Shown in pieces: positions 20,101-28,703 of a stretch of DNA of 64,000 nucleotides; the stretch's first letter is position 1, and each line of letters opens with the position of its first letter. Location: the IMG/VR virus record IMGVR_UViG_3300030385_002649, positions 186,001 through 250,000 of that record, one strand, 5' to 3'. The translations under genes and the position numbers were made by a program. The notes beneath the pieces are model-generated. The model did not search any database and was not told the DNA's origin. It saw nothing but the letters and a program-made list of their open reading frames with translations.

Positions 20101-20586
20101 TCAACGCCTCCTATATGCAGCTTCCGCTAAAATTGTGAATTTCTTCACGTAAGAATCCATTTTATCATTGTAGAAAACATCATTTAACTCATGTAGGAGA
20201 TATTCAGTATGATGTTCGTCAAGAGCTAATGCGATTAAATCCATAGACTTAATCCTCGCCCCATATACATGATTTACAGTATGCGTTCCTTCACCGTGGC
20301 CAAACGGGTCTTCAGCGAAAACCGTCTCATCAAAGCCAAGATGTAAAATATTGAAAATATTAAGATTAGTCTCAGATTTTACGATCCGAGAGGCAGCGTC
20401 TTTAATTGATTCATTCTTTAACAATCTGCCGCCAGGAAACCAATATTGATCTTTAGCTGGTTCCTTGTCTCTTTTAATCAGTAATACTTTGTCTTCGACC
20501 ATAATGACGACATCGACGCAAACAATCGGCATTAACCGATGGATGGTTTCATACGTTTCGTCCTTTATGGGCGTGTGACCTTTCAC
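20101..20586 (-). CDS. NUDIX hydrolase, GDP-mannose mannosyl hydrolase-like
   Basis: PIVCVD, R..EPAKDQYWFPGGRLLKNE, THTVN. Confidence 0.8.
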   Translation of the reverse strand: MKGHTPIKDETYETIHRLMPIVCVDVVIMVEDKVLLIKRDKEPAKDQYWFPGGRLLKNESIKDAASRIVKSETNLNIFNILHLGFDETVFAEDPFGHGEGTHTVNHVYGARIKSMDLIALALDEHHTEYLLHELNDVFYNDKMDSYVKKFTILAEAAYRRR

Positions 20587-20792
20587 CCGAGCAGAAGTCT
20601 ACTATTCACACCGCGAACAGCTTGTTCGCAGATCCCGCGCTCTCTACTCTTAAAAACCGTGACCCAGGCTCCTCCTTCGAGGATTTTTATTTGATACTCA
20701 TTCACAGCAACCGAAGTGTTGCTAATTTTCTCTTCGGTAATTCTAACATTACCGCCTGCTTTTTTAATTCTATCTAGTGTCAGTGGACTCAT
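20583..20792 (-). CDS. small hypothetical protein
   Basis: 69 aa with strong SD. Confidence 0.6.
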   Translation of the reverse strand: MSPLTLDRIKKAGGNVRITEEKISNTSVAVNEYQIKILEGGAWVTVFKSRERGICEQAVRGVNSRLLLG

Positions 20793-20804
20793 TGGATTCT
20801 CTCC

Positions 20805-21257
20805 TTAGTTTTGAGTTGTTTCGATGTCTAAATCTGAAAAATCGAAACAATCGTTTTCATCGATATGAACATATTTGATATCTACCAAAAACTGCACTCC
20901 ATTAACCGATTTTTTAGTATCGATCATGGCGATCATTTTAGCTAGATAGCCTAGAGGATTCTTGCTGAGCATGGCATTTAACAACCTGCCAGGCTTATTA
21001 TCCATCGTCTCGATTCTAAACATTATCTCATTTGTATCAGATATAAATGCATCGACAACGGTGTGGCTAATAAAGCTAGCTGGAATTTTCTTTAGACTTT
21101 TAAAACCAACAGTCCCGTAAACTTCACCTTCTACAACTTTCTCAATAAACGCATCAGAATTGAATAGCTTGCGTATGTTGGATCCTTTATAGATTGAAGC
21201 GGTCCACGGAGATGGAAAATCTAACGGAATATTAGTATGGATATCAAAAGTGCCCAC
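20805..21257 (-). CDS. degenerate prohead protease (gp21)-like protein
   Basis: ISHTV...IETMDNKPGRLL resembles gp21 VSH...LDTP.G. Confidence 0.4.
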   Translation of the reverse strand: MGTFDIHTNIPLDFPSPWTASIYKGSNIRKLFNSDAFIEKVVEGEVYGTVGFKSLKKIPASFISHTVVDAFISDTNEIMFRIETMDNKPGRLLNAMLSKNPLGYLAKMIAMIDTKKSVNGVQFLVDIKYVHIDENDCFDFSDLDIETTQN

Positions 21258-21279
21258 TAAGACCTCTAAAAGTTATGTA

Positions 21280-22074
21280 CTAATAGACTGGTGGATCCAT
21301 TTTCTCAAGGTTGAACTGCCATCGGCCACCGCTAAACTTCTTGATGCAATCGGCGTCACCAATCACTTCTTCTTTTAGCAATCCTTCTTTACTCCAACAC
21401 TTTGGATAACCTTCTACGTTCCATCTATACGTTTTCCCGCCGTTCAAGACTGATGGAGCTTGGCTCAATTCAGCTTTAGCGTCAACATTTTTCAGGAACG
21501 GTCCCTCACAAATCAAGCGAAATTTAGGCTTTATTTTGTATGCATAAGCAGCGTCAAGATCATGTTTCCCAGCGATCCTAGTACAAGCTTCAGCATCGGC
21601 CACAGCGCGGTGCCATCCAGCCAAATTGATCCCATAATCAACGCACAAGTGACCCAGTCTGCGAGAAAAGACTTTTCTAGGGAGAACTGCCTCGTGGTCT
21701 ACGTCACGTTGCGTGCATAGCCATTTCATCTTCAAAAAATCGGGCCAGGCTTTCACAACTTTAGGGTGATCATGAGGGGCGTTATGTGCCACCATATAGT
21801 CAGCCAAGTCTGCTCTAATCACTTCATAAGGATTTAAACATTCTTGATAAGTCGGCATATAAAGCGAGACTTCTCGTGGGATTTTATGCACATCAAATGC
21901 GCCTGGTGCTGATTCCCTCTCTGTTTTATAAATCATACCAAAAGTGGCTAAGACTAGCTCTCTTTCAGTATCGTAAAGAGTGAATCCGGCTTCAACGATT
22001 TCAGATTCGCCCTCTTCCCCTTCCCCTTCTTCAGTAATGCCAGTTGTTTCGGTGTCTACGCCTAGAATGATCAT
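21280..22074 (-). CDS. DEDDh 3'-5' exonuclease (DnaQ-like)
   Basis: DTETTG, VAHNAPHD, HRAVADA. Confidence 0.9.
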   Translation of the reverse strand: MIILGVDTETTGITEEGEGEEGESEIVEAGFTLYDTERELVLATFGMIYKTERESAPGAFDVHKIPREVSLYMPTYQECLNPYEVIRADLADYMVAHNAPHDHPKVVKAWPDFLKMKWLCTQRDVDHEAVLPRKVFSRRLGHLCVDYGINLAGWHRAVADAEACTRIAGKHDLDAAYAYKIKPKFRLICEGPFLKNVDAKAELSQAPSVLNGGKTYRWNVEGYPKCWSKEGLLKEEVIGDADCIKKFSGGRWQFNLEKMDPPVY

Positions 22075-22090
22075 TGAATATTAAATACTA

Positions 22091-22465
22091 TCAGGACATC
22101 ATGTCTTCAGGCAACTTTTTAACCCAATGTTCAGGCATCCATATGCTCCCATCCCAGAATTCTAAACGGTAATAGAGATGATCGCGACCAACGACATTAG
22201 CTGGTTGCAAGTGCCTATCATGTTCTTTATTGTCAATATACACAACAACGCCGTCTGACAACTCAGGAATGATGTCAGACGACGCTTCAAAAAAGTCTAG
22301 GTTGCCGAATTCTACATCGGCCCAGAGCGTCTGATCACAACGCTCACAAGAGACTGGAAACTTAGCGAACCCGTCCCAAAGCCTTCTGGTCTCTTCTGTT
22401 ATTTCTACATTCAGTTTTAAGTCTGCTTGACACTTTGGACATGTCATAATCAACCCTCGATCCAT
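22091..22465 (-). CDS. zinc-ribbon hypothetical protein
   Basis: CPKC...CERC. Confidence 0.6.
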   Translation of the reverse strand: MDRGLIMTCPKCQADLKLNVEITEETRRLWDGFAKFPVSCERCDQTLWADVEFGNLDFFEASSDIIPELSDGVVVYIDNKEHDRHLQPANVVGRDHLYYRLEFWDGSIWMPEHWVKKLPEDMMS

Positions 22466-23054
22466 ATCTTTGGAGCATTTTATAATCCCATTTTACGTAT
22501 TGGCCAACCATGTTGTCAATGTCAATCCATGGGCCAGCAACCCACATTTTGCTGTTGTCCACCGTAGAAGATTCTTCCGTTTCTTCCCTAGCAGCAGTAA
22601 CATCAACTTGGCCGTGATAGCGCCCACCAATCCTATATGGCTTTTCTGTTGGATCTGGGAGCATATGGAAAACAATCTGCGCGATCCTCTGGCCTTCATA
22701 CAATCTAAACGGCAGGTGACCAGTGTTGTACAATTCCATAGTCACATTCCCACAGAAATCAGGATCAATCCAGCCTGCTAACATATGGTCGATCCCACAC
22801 CGGCCAATAGTCGATTTTAACAATAATTGGCCGGATAAATCACATGGAAATTTGAAATATTGTTGGCTGGTAAGAAGTATGAACTTACCTGGTTCCAGCA
22901 TAAATCCGTCTTCGCCTAGTTCTACTGCATCTTCTTCAAAAAGAGCGTTCTTACCTAGCGTTAGGTCATACGAACTTGGGTTCAACAGATCCCGATTGAA
23001 CGGGCTTATCATCCTTGGCCCGATCCTCAAGATTTCTTGGTAGTTTAAATGCAT
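22362..23054 (-). CDS. dcd: dCTP deaminase
   Basis: NPSSYDL, KSTIGR, AGWIDPDFCG, RIAQIVF, GRYHGQ. Confidence 0.9.
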   Translation of the reverse strand: MHLNYQEILRIGPRMISPFNRDLLNPSSYDLTLGKNALFEEDAVELGEDGFMLEPGKFILLTSQQYFKFPCDLSGQLLLKSTIGRCGIDHMLAGWIDPDFCGNVTMELYNTGHLPFRLYEGQRIAQIVFHMLPDPTEKPYRIGGRYHGQVDVTAAREETEESSTVDNSKMWVAGPWIDIDNMVGQYVKWDYKMLQRYGSRVDYDMSKVSSRLKTECRNNRRDQKALGRVR

Positions 23055-23736
23055 CTCGTCCCTTTTCCGAAACTTCTTTGTTAATCTCGCGAACTAGAGA
23101 CTCCGCTTGCTTAAGCGAAACATCGAATCTGCGGACGTTCTTGCTACCCTGCAAAGCCAACATCGTTTCGAGATTAACATTTCCACTCACCTTGATCGGG
23201 AATGGAACGTTATCGCTGACGATTTCTGCCAGCCTAGTTTGTTTCTCCAAGTCGATTTGTGGAGACGCAAGATTGCTATCAATTCTCAAGTGAGAAGGAG
23301 GAAAAACTTTCATGTTCTTCAAGATGCCTTCAAGCTCTTCTTCCGTAGTAGTAGCGCCGTTGACGCACCACCTCACTTCGAGGAGCGCGTTGTTCATCTT
23401 GATAAACTCATAAATAGTCTTCATCTCGTTACGAGTTTCGATCTGTGTTCTTCCAGGAGACAGCAAAATCTCAAAACCATCAGCCGCTGCAAAATCAACA
23501 TTGCTGCGATAGATCTTGTCCATGGCGAAATTTGCGCCTTTTGGGAAGTCAATCGCAGCGATGATCTTAAACTGGCCTGACCTAATCATTCTCCTAGTAA
23601 GCAACTGAGGAATGAACTCTGGTAAGGCTACAATGACTGGAATGCGATGCTTAATCGCAAAGTCGCAGACAAAATCCGCACTAGTGCGCTCGTTAAATAA
23701 GTTAAGCTCTAACTTGCTCGTTAATTGTGGCTTCAT
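22966..23736 (-). CDS. DeoC-like aldolase-fold protein (divergent)
   Basis: AAIDFPKGA and IKVSG; the FxKTSTG Schiff-base motif is not apparent. Confidence 0.55.
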   Translation of the reverse strand: MKPQLTSKLELNLFNERTSADFVCDFAIKHRIPVIVALPEFIPQLLTRRMIRSGQFKIIAAIDFPKGANFAMDKIYRSNVDFAAADGFEILLSPGRTQIETRNEMKTIYEFIKMNNALLEVRWCVNGATTTEEELEGILKNMKVFPPSHLRIDSNLASPQIDLEKQTRLAEIVSDNVPFPIKVSGNVNLETMLALQGSKNVRRFDVSLKQAESLVREINKEVSEKGRDAFKLPRNLEDRAKDDKPVQSGSVEPKFV

Positions 23737-24340
23737 GCTGTTCCTTTACATCTGGATCTGAGTGATAGTTAGCGAAGATCCAACGAAAATTATTTACTTT
23801 CTCGTCTCCAGAATCAACTCGGGCCAAATAAGCGTACAACTCTTCCCAAGTTTGGAAAGCGTTTTTCGCAAAGTCCGCAGGGTCAATAGTGTATTGGACA
23901 GGAAGCCAAGTAGAGGCTAATCCGTCGGGAAGATGGAACAAGATTGGCTTCAACGCATCAACAGCAATCTTAATCTCTTCAAAGGTTCCAGTGGTGAACT
24001 TCTTTGGATGATGAACAATGACAAAATCTGCGGCGTTCACTTGGCGTTTGCAGAAATCCCGAATTTCACGCATCCCATTCCAAACATCGTGAGACAAATA
24101 GCCTTCAGTCACGAGAGCCTTCATGTCGTCCATATAGATCTTGGGATCAAGTTTTGCTCTCTTTGAGAGCCACGATGGCTTAACTAATGGGTTGTAGGCT
24201 TTGATGCCAAGGGGATCAAGCAAATCCTTGGTGATAACGCTACGCCAGCCGTTGGGGTTTTCAGCATGATCCACAGGACCAGCGAGGTAAGCTGAAGTGC
24301 CTCGCAATTTGTTTAAAGACTCGGACATGATATCCTCCAA
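23702..24340 (-). CDS. nucleoside 2-deoxyribosyltransferase-like protein
   Basis: YLAGP, WR, YNP, AADFVI, GTFEEI. Confidence 0.75.
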   Translation of the reverse strand: MEDIMSESLNKLRGTSAYLAGPVDHAENPNGWRSVITKDLLDPLGIKAYNPLVKPSWLSKRAKLDPKIYMDDMKALVTEGYLSHDVWNGMREIRDFCKRQVNAADFVIVHHPKKFTTGTFEEIKIAVDALKPILFHLPDGLASTWLPVQYTIDPADFAKNAFQTWEELYAYLARVDSGDEKVNNFRWIFANYHSDPDVKEQHEATINEQVRA

Positions 24341-24357
24341 GCCTTTAGATACTAGGT

Positions 24358-24687
24358 TTAGAAACCGTCGATGATCGATTCGCTAATGGTTTGGATCAAT
24401 TTTTCCTTAGAATTTTTGAAAACCTTTGGCGTCACAGTTTTTGGCTTAACTTCAGCTTTACCTGTTTGTTTGGCACCTTCATTATCGTCGAGAGACGACC
24501 TTTTCTTACGCTTTTTAGACGGATCGGCTGGACCGTCCTTGTCTTCTAGAGCGTCGTCAACATCGAACTCAGGATCGTCCATTTCATCCGCAACAGACTT
24601 AATCTTTGGACGCTTCTGCTTCTCGTTGAGAAGGTCTGGATCCTCAGTGACCATCTTGGCGATATAATCGACAAATTTGTTATTCAT
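24358..24687 (-). CDS. charged hypothetical protein
   Basis: start MNNKF with GGAG SD. Confidence 0.6.
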   Translation of the reverse strand: MNNKFVDYIAKMVTEDPDLLNEKQKRPKIKSVADEMDDPEFDVDDALEDKDGPADPSKKRKKRSSLDDNEGAKQTGKAEVKPKTVTPKVFKNSKEKLIQTISESIIDGF

Positions 24688-24701
24688 AGTGTTGTCTCCG
24701 C

Positions 24702-25805
24702 CTATTTTTGGCTTTTTTCGTCTGCCATTTTGATGATTTCTTCTACTGCAGTTTTGTGATCTAGCGTTTTGAAATATTCCATGAATGGCCATGGATTATA
24801 TGACGAACAAAACACGAATTTTTGTCTCTCTTGGGCGGTCATAGCTTTAGCGCCAGCAAGATAGAACTCAGCTTCTTTTTTGAACCTGGTTTCTCTAATC
24901 TTCGGATCCACATCCTGATTTCTTCCATAGAAGTGGAGTTTATCACTCCCAGGCGGCTTACACATATCGCACCCGAAAATGAAGATCTTATCATAGTTCA
25001 TCCAAAACGCAGTTTGCATGTTGGCGAATGTGGTAGACCTTCCGATGAAGTATCCTTTAAGGAGATCTTTAGAGAACCCCTTACCTGATTTGTTGCGTAC
25101 AAGAACTTGATTTTGGTGCCGCGCTCGTACCGACCAAGCATTAATTACCGTGCCGGTATACTGCTTAAAAATCTCCTGATTTCTAGCGAACTGGGACTGG
25201 TCGCAGAAGGCCCAATACTTAGTTGGGTGCAATCTGGGGTCTGGTTTGTTGATCGACATAAAATCGACCAAAGCATGTTGATGAAGCTTTGGCAGATCTA
25301 CCTCTAGAATAGAAGGTCCGCAAGCAACCATCACTAAAAATCTTCCTACGCCACACCCTTTTAGGCTCTGGACCTTTTCCTTATACCTGCTAAGTTCGAC
25401 TTCCTTGCTCTTCCTAACAGGCGAGGCTTTAACCCCGCGCCTGTTTTTGAGAGTGCGTTGTTGCGATTCGTTAAGTTTAACCCGGGGTTTGTTCGGTCGG
25501 ATGATGCGAACTGGCTGCACCCTTTGGTTCTTCGGTATGTTACGGTTTATAGGCTGCACGTTGGGGGTGCGGGGAGTAGGAACCTGCGGCGTCATCTTTT
25601 CGGGAGTTTTCCTAATTGATTGCCTATTTGTCTTCACGCGAACAACGTTCGGTTTGACAATTACAGGTTGAACTCCACGAGTCCCAACAAACCGTCCCGC
25701 TCTGGCTAGGCCCGGTTTTGCGGATAATCTATACTTCGATGCCATTCGAAGTATCTTTGGCCCGCCGTATTTAACCCGGTTGTGCAGCGTATCTTGTCGC
25801 CCCAC
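24702..25805 (-). CDS. DUF115/MptE/Maf-like glycosyltransferase-fold protein with basic N-terminal extension
   Basis: VACGPS, YWAFCD, STTFANMQTAFWMNYDKIFIFGCD, HFY. Confidence 0.65.
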   Translation of the reverse strand: MGRQDTLHNRVKYGGPKILRMASKYRLSAKPGLARAGRFVGTRGVQPVIVKPNVVRVKTNRQSIRKTPEKMTPQVPTPRTPNVQPINRNIPKNQRVQPVRIIRPNKPRVKLNESQQRTLKNRRGVKASPVRKSKEVELSRYKEKVQSLKGCGVGRFLVMVACGPSILEVDLPKLHQHALVDFMSINKPDPRLHPTKYWAFCDQSQFARNQEIFKQYTGTVINAWSVRARHQNQVLVRNKSGKGFSKDLLKGYFIGRSTTFANMQTAFWMNYDKIFIFGCDMCKPPGSDKLHFYGRNQDVDPKIRETRFKKEAEFYLAGAKAMTAQERQKFVFCSSYNPWPFMEYFKTLDHKTAVEEIIKMADEKSQK

Positions 25806-25822
25806 ATCCGCCGTGTTCTAAT

Positions 25823-26377
25823 TTAAACCGAGGCGGAGGGTTTCTTGACTGATTTTTTGAGTTTTGGCTTCGACAAAGCCGCCGTGTCGTCCAACAACTG
25901 GGGAAGCAAGGTTGACAGAATGCGACTCGACTCCGGGTGCTTATACGTTCCGCCGCCCACATCTGAGACACAGACCAAACTGTCCAAAACTCCGGGCTTG
26001 CACAAGTACTTGGTCATCAACAATTTCTTGCGTCGGTTTTTCTTGTTCATTAAAGAATATAAATGTCTAAAAATTGTTGTCGTCAAGAAGTTGAACACTG
26101 GCGCTCTACCTGGTTCGAAAACAAGTCGCTTGTCCTTAATTTTTTCGACCGTAAGGACGTATGTTTCGTGCGACAGTTCCAACCGCTCTTCTTCGTCCCG
26201 TGGGTTGAAATGGACCGCAACGCCTTGGCAGATCTTGTACACATCACTTTGGAGTCGTTCCCAAGCTAATGGACAGTCGGTTTCGAGCCATGTCGCCCAG
26301 GTCTTCTCTAATTCGTTAGAATCCACATAATGTTTTTTTGGTTTTTTCATGGTTTTAGGTTTATTAGAAATTGACAT
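25823..26377 (-). CDS. late-transcription sigma factor (T4 gp55-like)
   Basis: HYVDSNEL and PVFNFLTTTIFR match the gp55 family HYVxN and xPFxYFT motifs. Confidence 0.75.
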   Translation of the reverse strand: MSISNKPKTMKKPKKHYVDSNELEKTWATWLETDCPLAWERLQSDVYKICQGVAVHFNPRDEEERLELSHETYVLTVEKIKDKRLVFEPGRAPVFNFLTTTIFRHLYSLMNKKNRRKKLLMTKYLCKPGVLDSLVCVSDVGGGTYKHPESSRILSTLLPQLLDDTAALSKPKLKKSVKKPSASV

Positions 26378-26492
26378 ACTTAATCCCTTATCAAATATAA
26401 AATACGTTTACACGTACAATAATCAAAAAGCAAAAACACTAGCTTAACAGCATCTCAAGTTCACAGCAACAAAATAAGAAAGCAGCTAAACA

Positions 26493-27488
26493 ATGAGCCA
26501 AATTGCAAGAATGTTTCTCCGTGGTAGCCTCGTCAAAGTCACCGCCAAAAACCTCACGGAGAAACAGAAAAAAGAAGTGACTGAATTGATGATCGAGGTT
26601 TGGAACGACTCCCGATTAGACAACGCAAAACATGAGTTCTGCCAAGCACTCGGACGAACAATTGGCGGCGAATATTCCAACAAAGAGTTCGCCATGCAAG
26701 AAGTCTGGCTGACCCTGTGGCGAACAGCCACCGACGTCCTGTTCCATAACCCAAAACAACAAGTTATCAACAACCACATCATCCGCAAGAAACACTTCCA
26801 AACGTGTATCTTCAATTATCTTCGCCAGATCCTGACCGAAAACAAGATCCCAAAGACTAACGTAGAGCGTGAAATTGCTGGCCCAGCCAGCTACGTCGCC
26901 CAAGAAATGATTTCCTTCTTTCTTGCTAACAGCAACAGCAAGCTAGATTACGAATTTGCAGAAGACACCCAAGCCTTCTCAATCGAAACGGGTCTCATCC
27001 CCCTAGACGTTATTAAGAAGATTTGGAAGCTACAGAAGGAGTCCGCTCAGTTCGTCACTATCACCTTAGAAGACGAGAAAATTTCCATCATAACCCATGA
27101 AGACGAGAAGTATCTTACAAAGACGGTAAAGGAAAAGGTTCGCATCAAGCAAAGTTCCTTCACGGGAACAGACGAGGAAGACAATAACGGCTTCCAGCAA
27201 TATTGCGAATATCAATCCGTCAAGAAAAGAGAACGCGAAGTGGATCAAATGGTCATCGAAGACACAGTCACCGTCCTAAGAGACAGACTCCCCATCGACA
27301 CCCAGAAGGTGTTCGATATCCTCATTCACCAGCCAAAAGCCTTCCTAGAGGCTTACTACCCCCGTCGTCGCAAAGAAGTGCGGCCCAAGGAGATTCACAT
27401 CGCCGAATGGCTTGGTCTTTCCAAGGAAGATGTGGTCGACCACATCAAAGTCATTCAAGACCAAGCCGTCGCTCTCGACATTGGCTAA
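26493..27488 (+). CDS. sigma-like / HTH protein
   Basis: QEVWLTLWR...F.T.IFNYLRQ (region 2-like); C-terminal IAEWLGLS HTH; divergent from gp55. Confidence 0.5.
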   Translation: MSQIARMFLRGSLVKVTAKNLTEKQKKEVTELMIEVWNDSRLDNAKHEFCQALGRTIGGEYSNKEFAMQEVWLTLWRTATDVLFHNPKQQVINNHIIRKKHFQTCIFNYLRQILTENKIPKTNVEREIAGPASYVAQEMISFFLANSNSKLDYEFAEDTQAFSIETGLIPLDVIKKIWKLQKESAQFVTITLEDEKISIITHEDEKYLTKTVKEKVRIKQSSFTGTDEEDNNGFQQYCEYQSVKKREREVDQMVIEDTVTVLRDRLPIDTQKVFDILIHQPKAFLEAYYPRRRKEVRPKEIHIAEWLGLSKEDVVDHIKVIQDQAVALDIG

Positions 27489-27696
27489 GCCGGAAGACTT
27501 CCGCTCAGACGATTTAAACTGGTTCTCATCGAGTATTCGTTTTGAGAACCACGGGGGATTTTGGAGCAGGCTGAATCACAAAAGCAGCTTAACAAGCCTT
27601 TCATTGCTACGCCAATATCATACAACTTATTTTAAATGTGAATTGCGTGATGACGGAAGGATAGACACTTGGCACGCAAGTTCAGCGATTTATTAA
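27481..27696 (+). CDS. small hypothetical protein
   Basis: TTG start overlapping the previous stop. Confidence 0.35.
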   Translation: MAKPEDFRSDDLNWFSSSIRFENHGGFWSRLNHKSSLTSLSLLRQYHTTYFKCELRDDGRIDTWHASSAIY

Positions 27697-27842
27697 TGGA
27701 AGGTCCCGTATGCAGATGTGGGCACCAATCATTCGCTCATCTGTTAAGCCAATGTGACTATTGCGAATGCGCTTACCACGGAGTCTGGCATAGCAAATCG
27801 ATCATGCTAATCCGAAAATGGGAAGAAGATCAACGCGCGTAA
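27696..27842 (+). CDS. small Cys-rich protein
   Basis: MEGPVCRCGH...CDYCEC; TAATG coupling. Confidence 0.4.
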   Translation: MEGPVCRCGHQSFAHLLSQCDYCECAYHGVWHSKSIMLIRKWEEDQRA

Positions 27843-28357
27843 TGTTGCCCAGTATTCGATGGGCCAACCCTAGGATTAGGACCGCCAGACACCGGAAGTT
27901 CCGCCGCACCAAGCGGGATCTGGTAATCTGGCGGTAGCGCTGTATACCCAGTCTTAGAACTGTCCAAAACATCGAGCACAAAGTCAATCACTTCGTGCGG
28001 AGTAGTTTGGAATTCTACAGGTAATTCGCTTCTAGCCTCGCCCATCGCGCATCTCTGAACGTCCGCAGCGTTAGTGTGTGTCGTATATCCCAGGGAGAGT
28101 CTGTTGGTCCCTAGTACGAATAAATTCCAGCCAATTTTTACAACGCCAGTATTAACGTCTGCGTCCTCAGAGAACGGGACGATTTCTGTCTTATTGAAAA
28201 GGTCTTTCACCTTTACTGCCAGGTCCCAACAAGTGGGTGGATACAACGGGCGGTTGAAGTTATCATAGCCCTTAGTTGTAAAAAATGCGATCATTTGTCT
28301 ACGAACCAGTTCTCTTTGTAACTGGCTCCTGATCTTATTAGCTAGTGATACGTCCAT
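27830..28357 (-). CDS. hypothetical late protein
   Basis: TAAATATA 4 nt upstream of the ATG. Confidence 0.65.
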   Translation of the reverse strand: MDVSLANKIRSQLQRELVRRQMIAFFTTKGYDNFNRPLYPPTCWDLAVKVKDLFNKTEIVPFSEDADVNTGVVKIGWNLFVLGTNRLSLGYTTHTNAADVQRCAMGEARSELPVEFQTTPHEVIDFVLDVLDSSKTGYTALPPDYQIPLGAAELPVSGGPNPRVGPSNTGQHYAR

Positions 28358-28495
28358 GACTTATATTTACTGGAACAGATGTTCAACAAACTATGTATTC
28401 TTGAGCGGTTAAAAACTCATTTAGGCTCTAAGGGCCCGACGACACCAAGAATCATATTTCGGTATTTTCAAGTCGTACGAACGGCCAGAAAAATG

Positions 28496-28702
28496 CTATT
28501 TCGTAGCTTTTCGGAGTCTGGATCGCTGCAAGTTTTGTTTTTTGCGCTCCTGAATTTTCCGACGACGTCTTCGGCCAGTGATCTTAGCTTTTTCTTTCTT
28601 ATCGCACTGACTGCATGGAGTAATGCCATAATAATTGAACCGATACATCGCACAAATGTCACAACGATCTCGAAAAGACCGAGCTTTCAACAACATTGGC
28701 AT
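28496..28702 (-). CDS. small basic CxxC protein
   Basis: CDIC...CSQC, follows rad50. Confidence 0.5.
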   Translation of the reverse strand: MPMLLKARSFRDRCDICAMYRFNYYGITPCSQCDKKEKAKITGRRRRRKIQERKKQNLQRSRLRKATK

Positions 28703-28703
28703 G

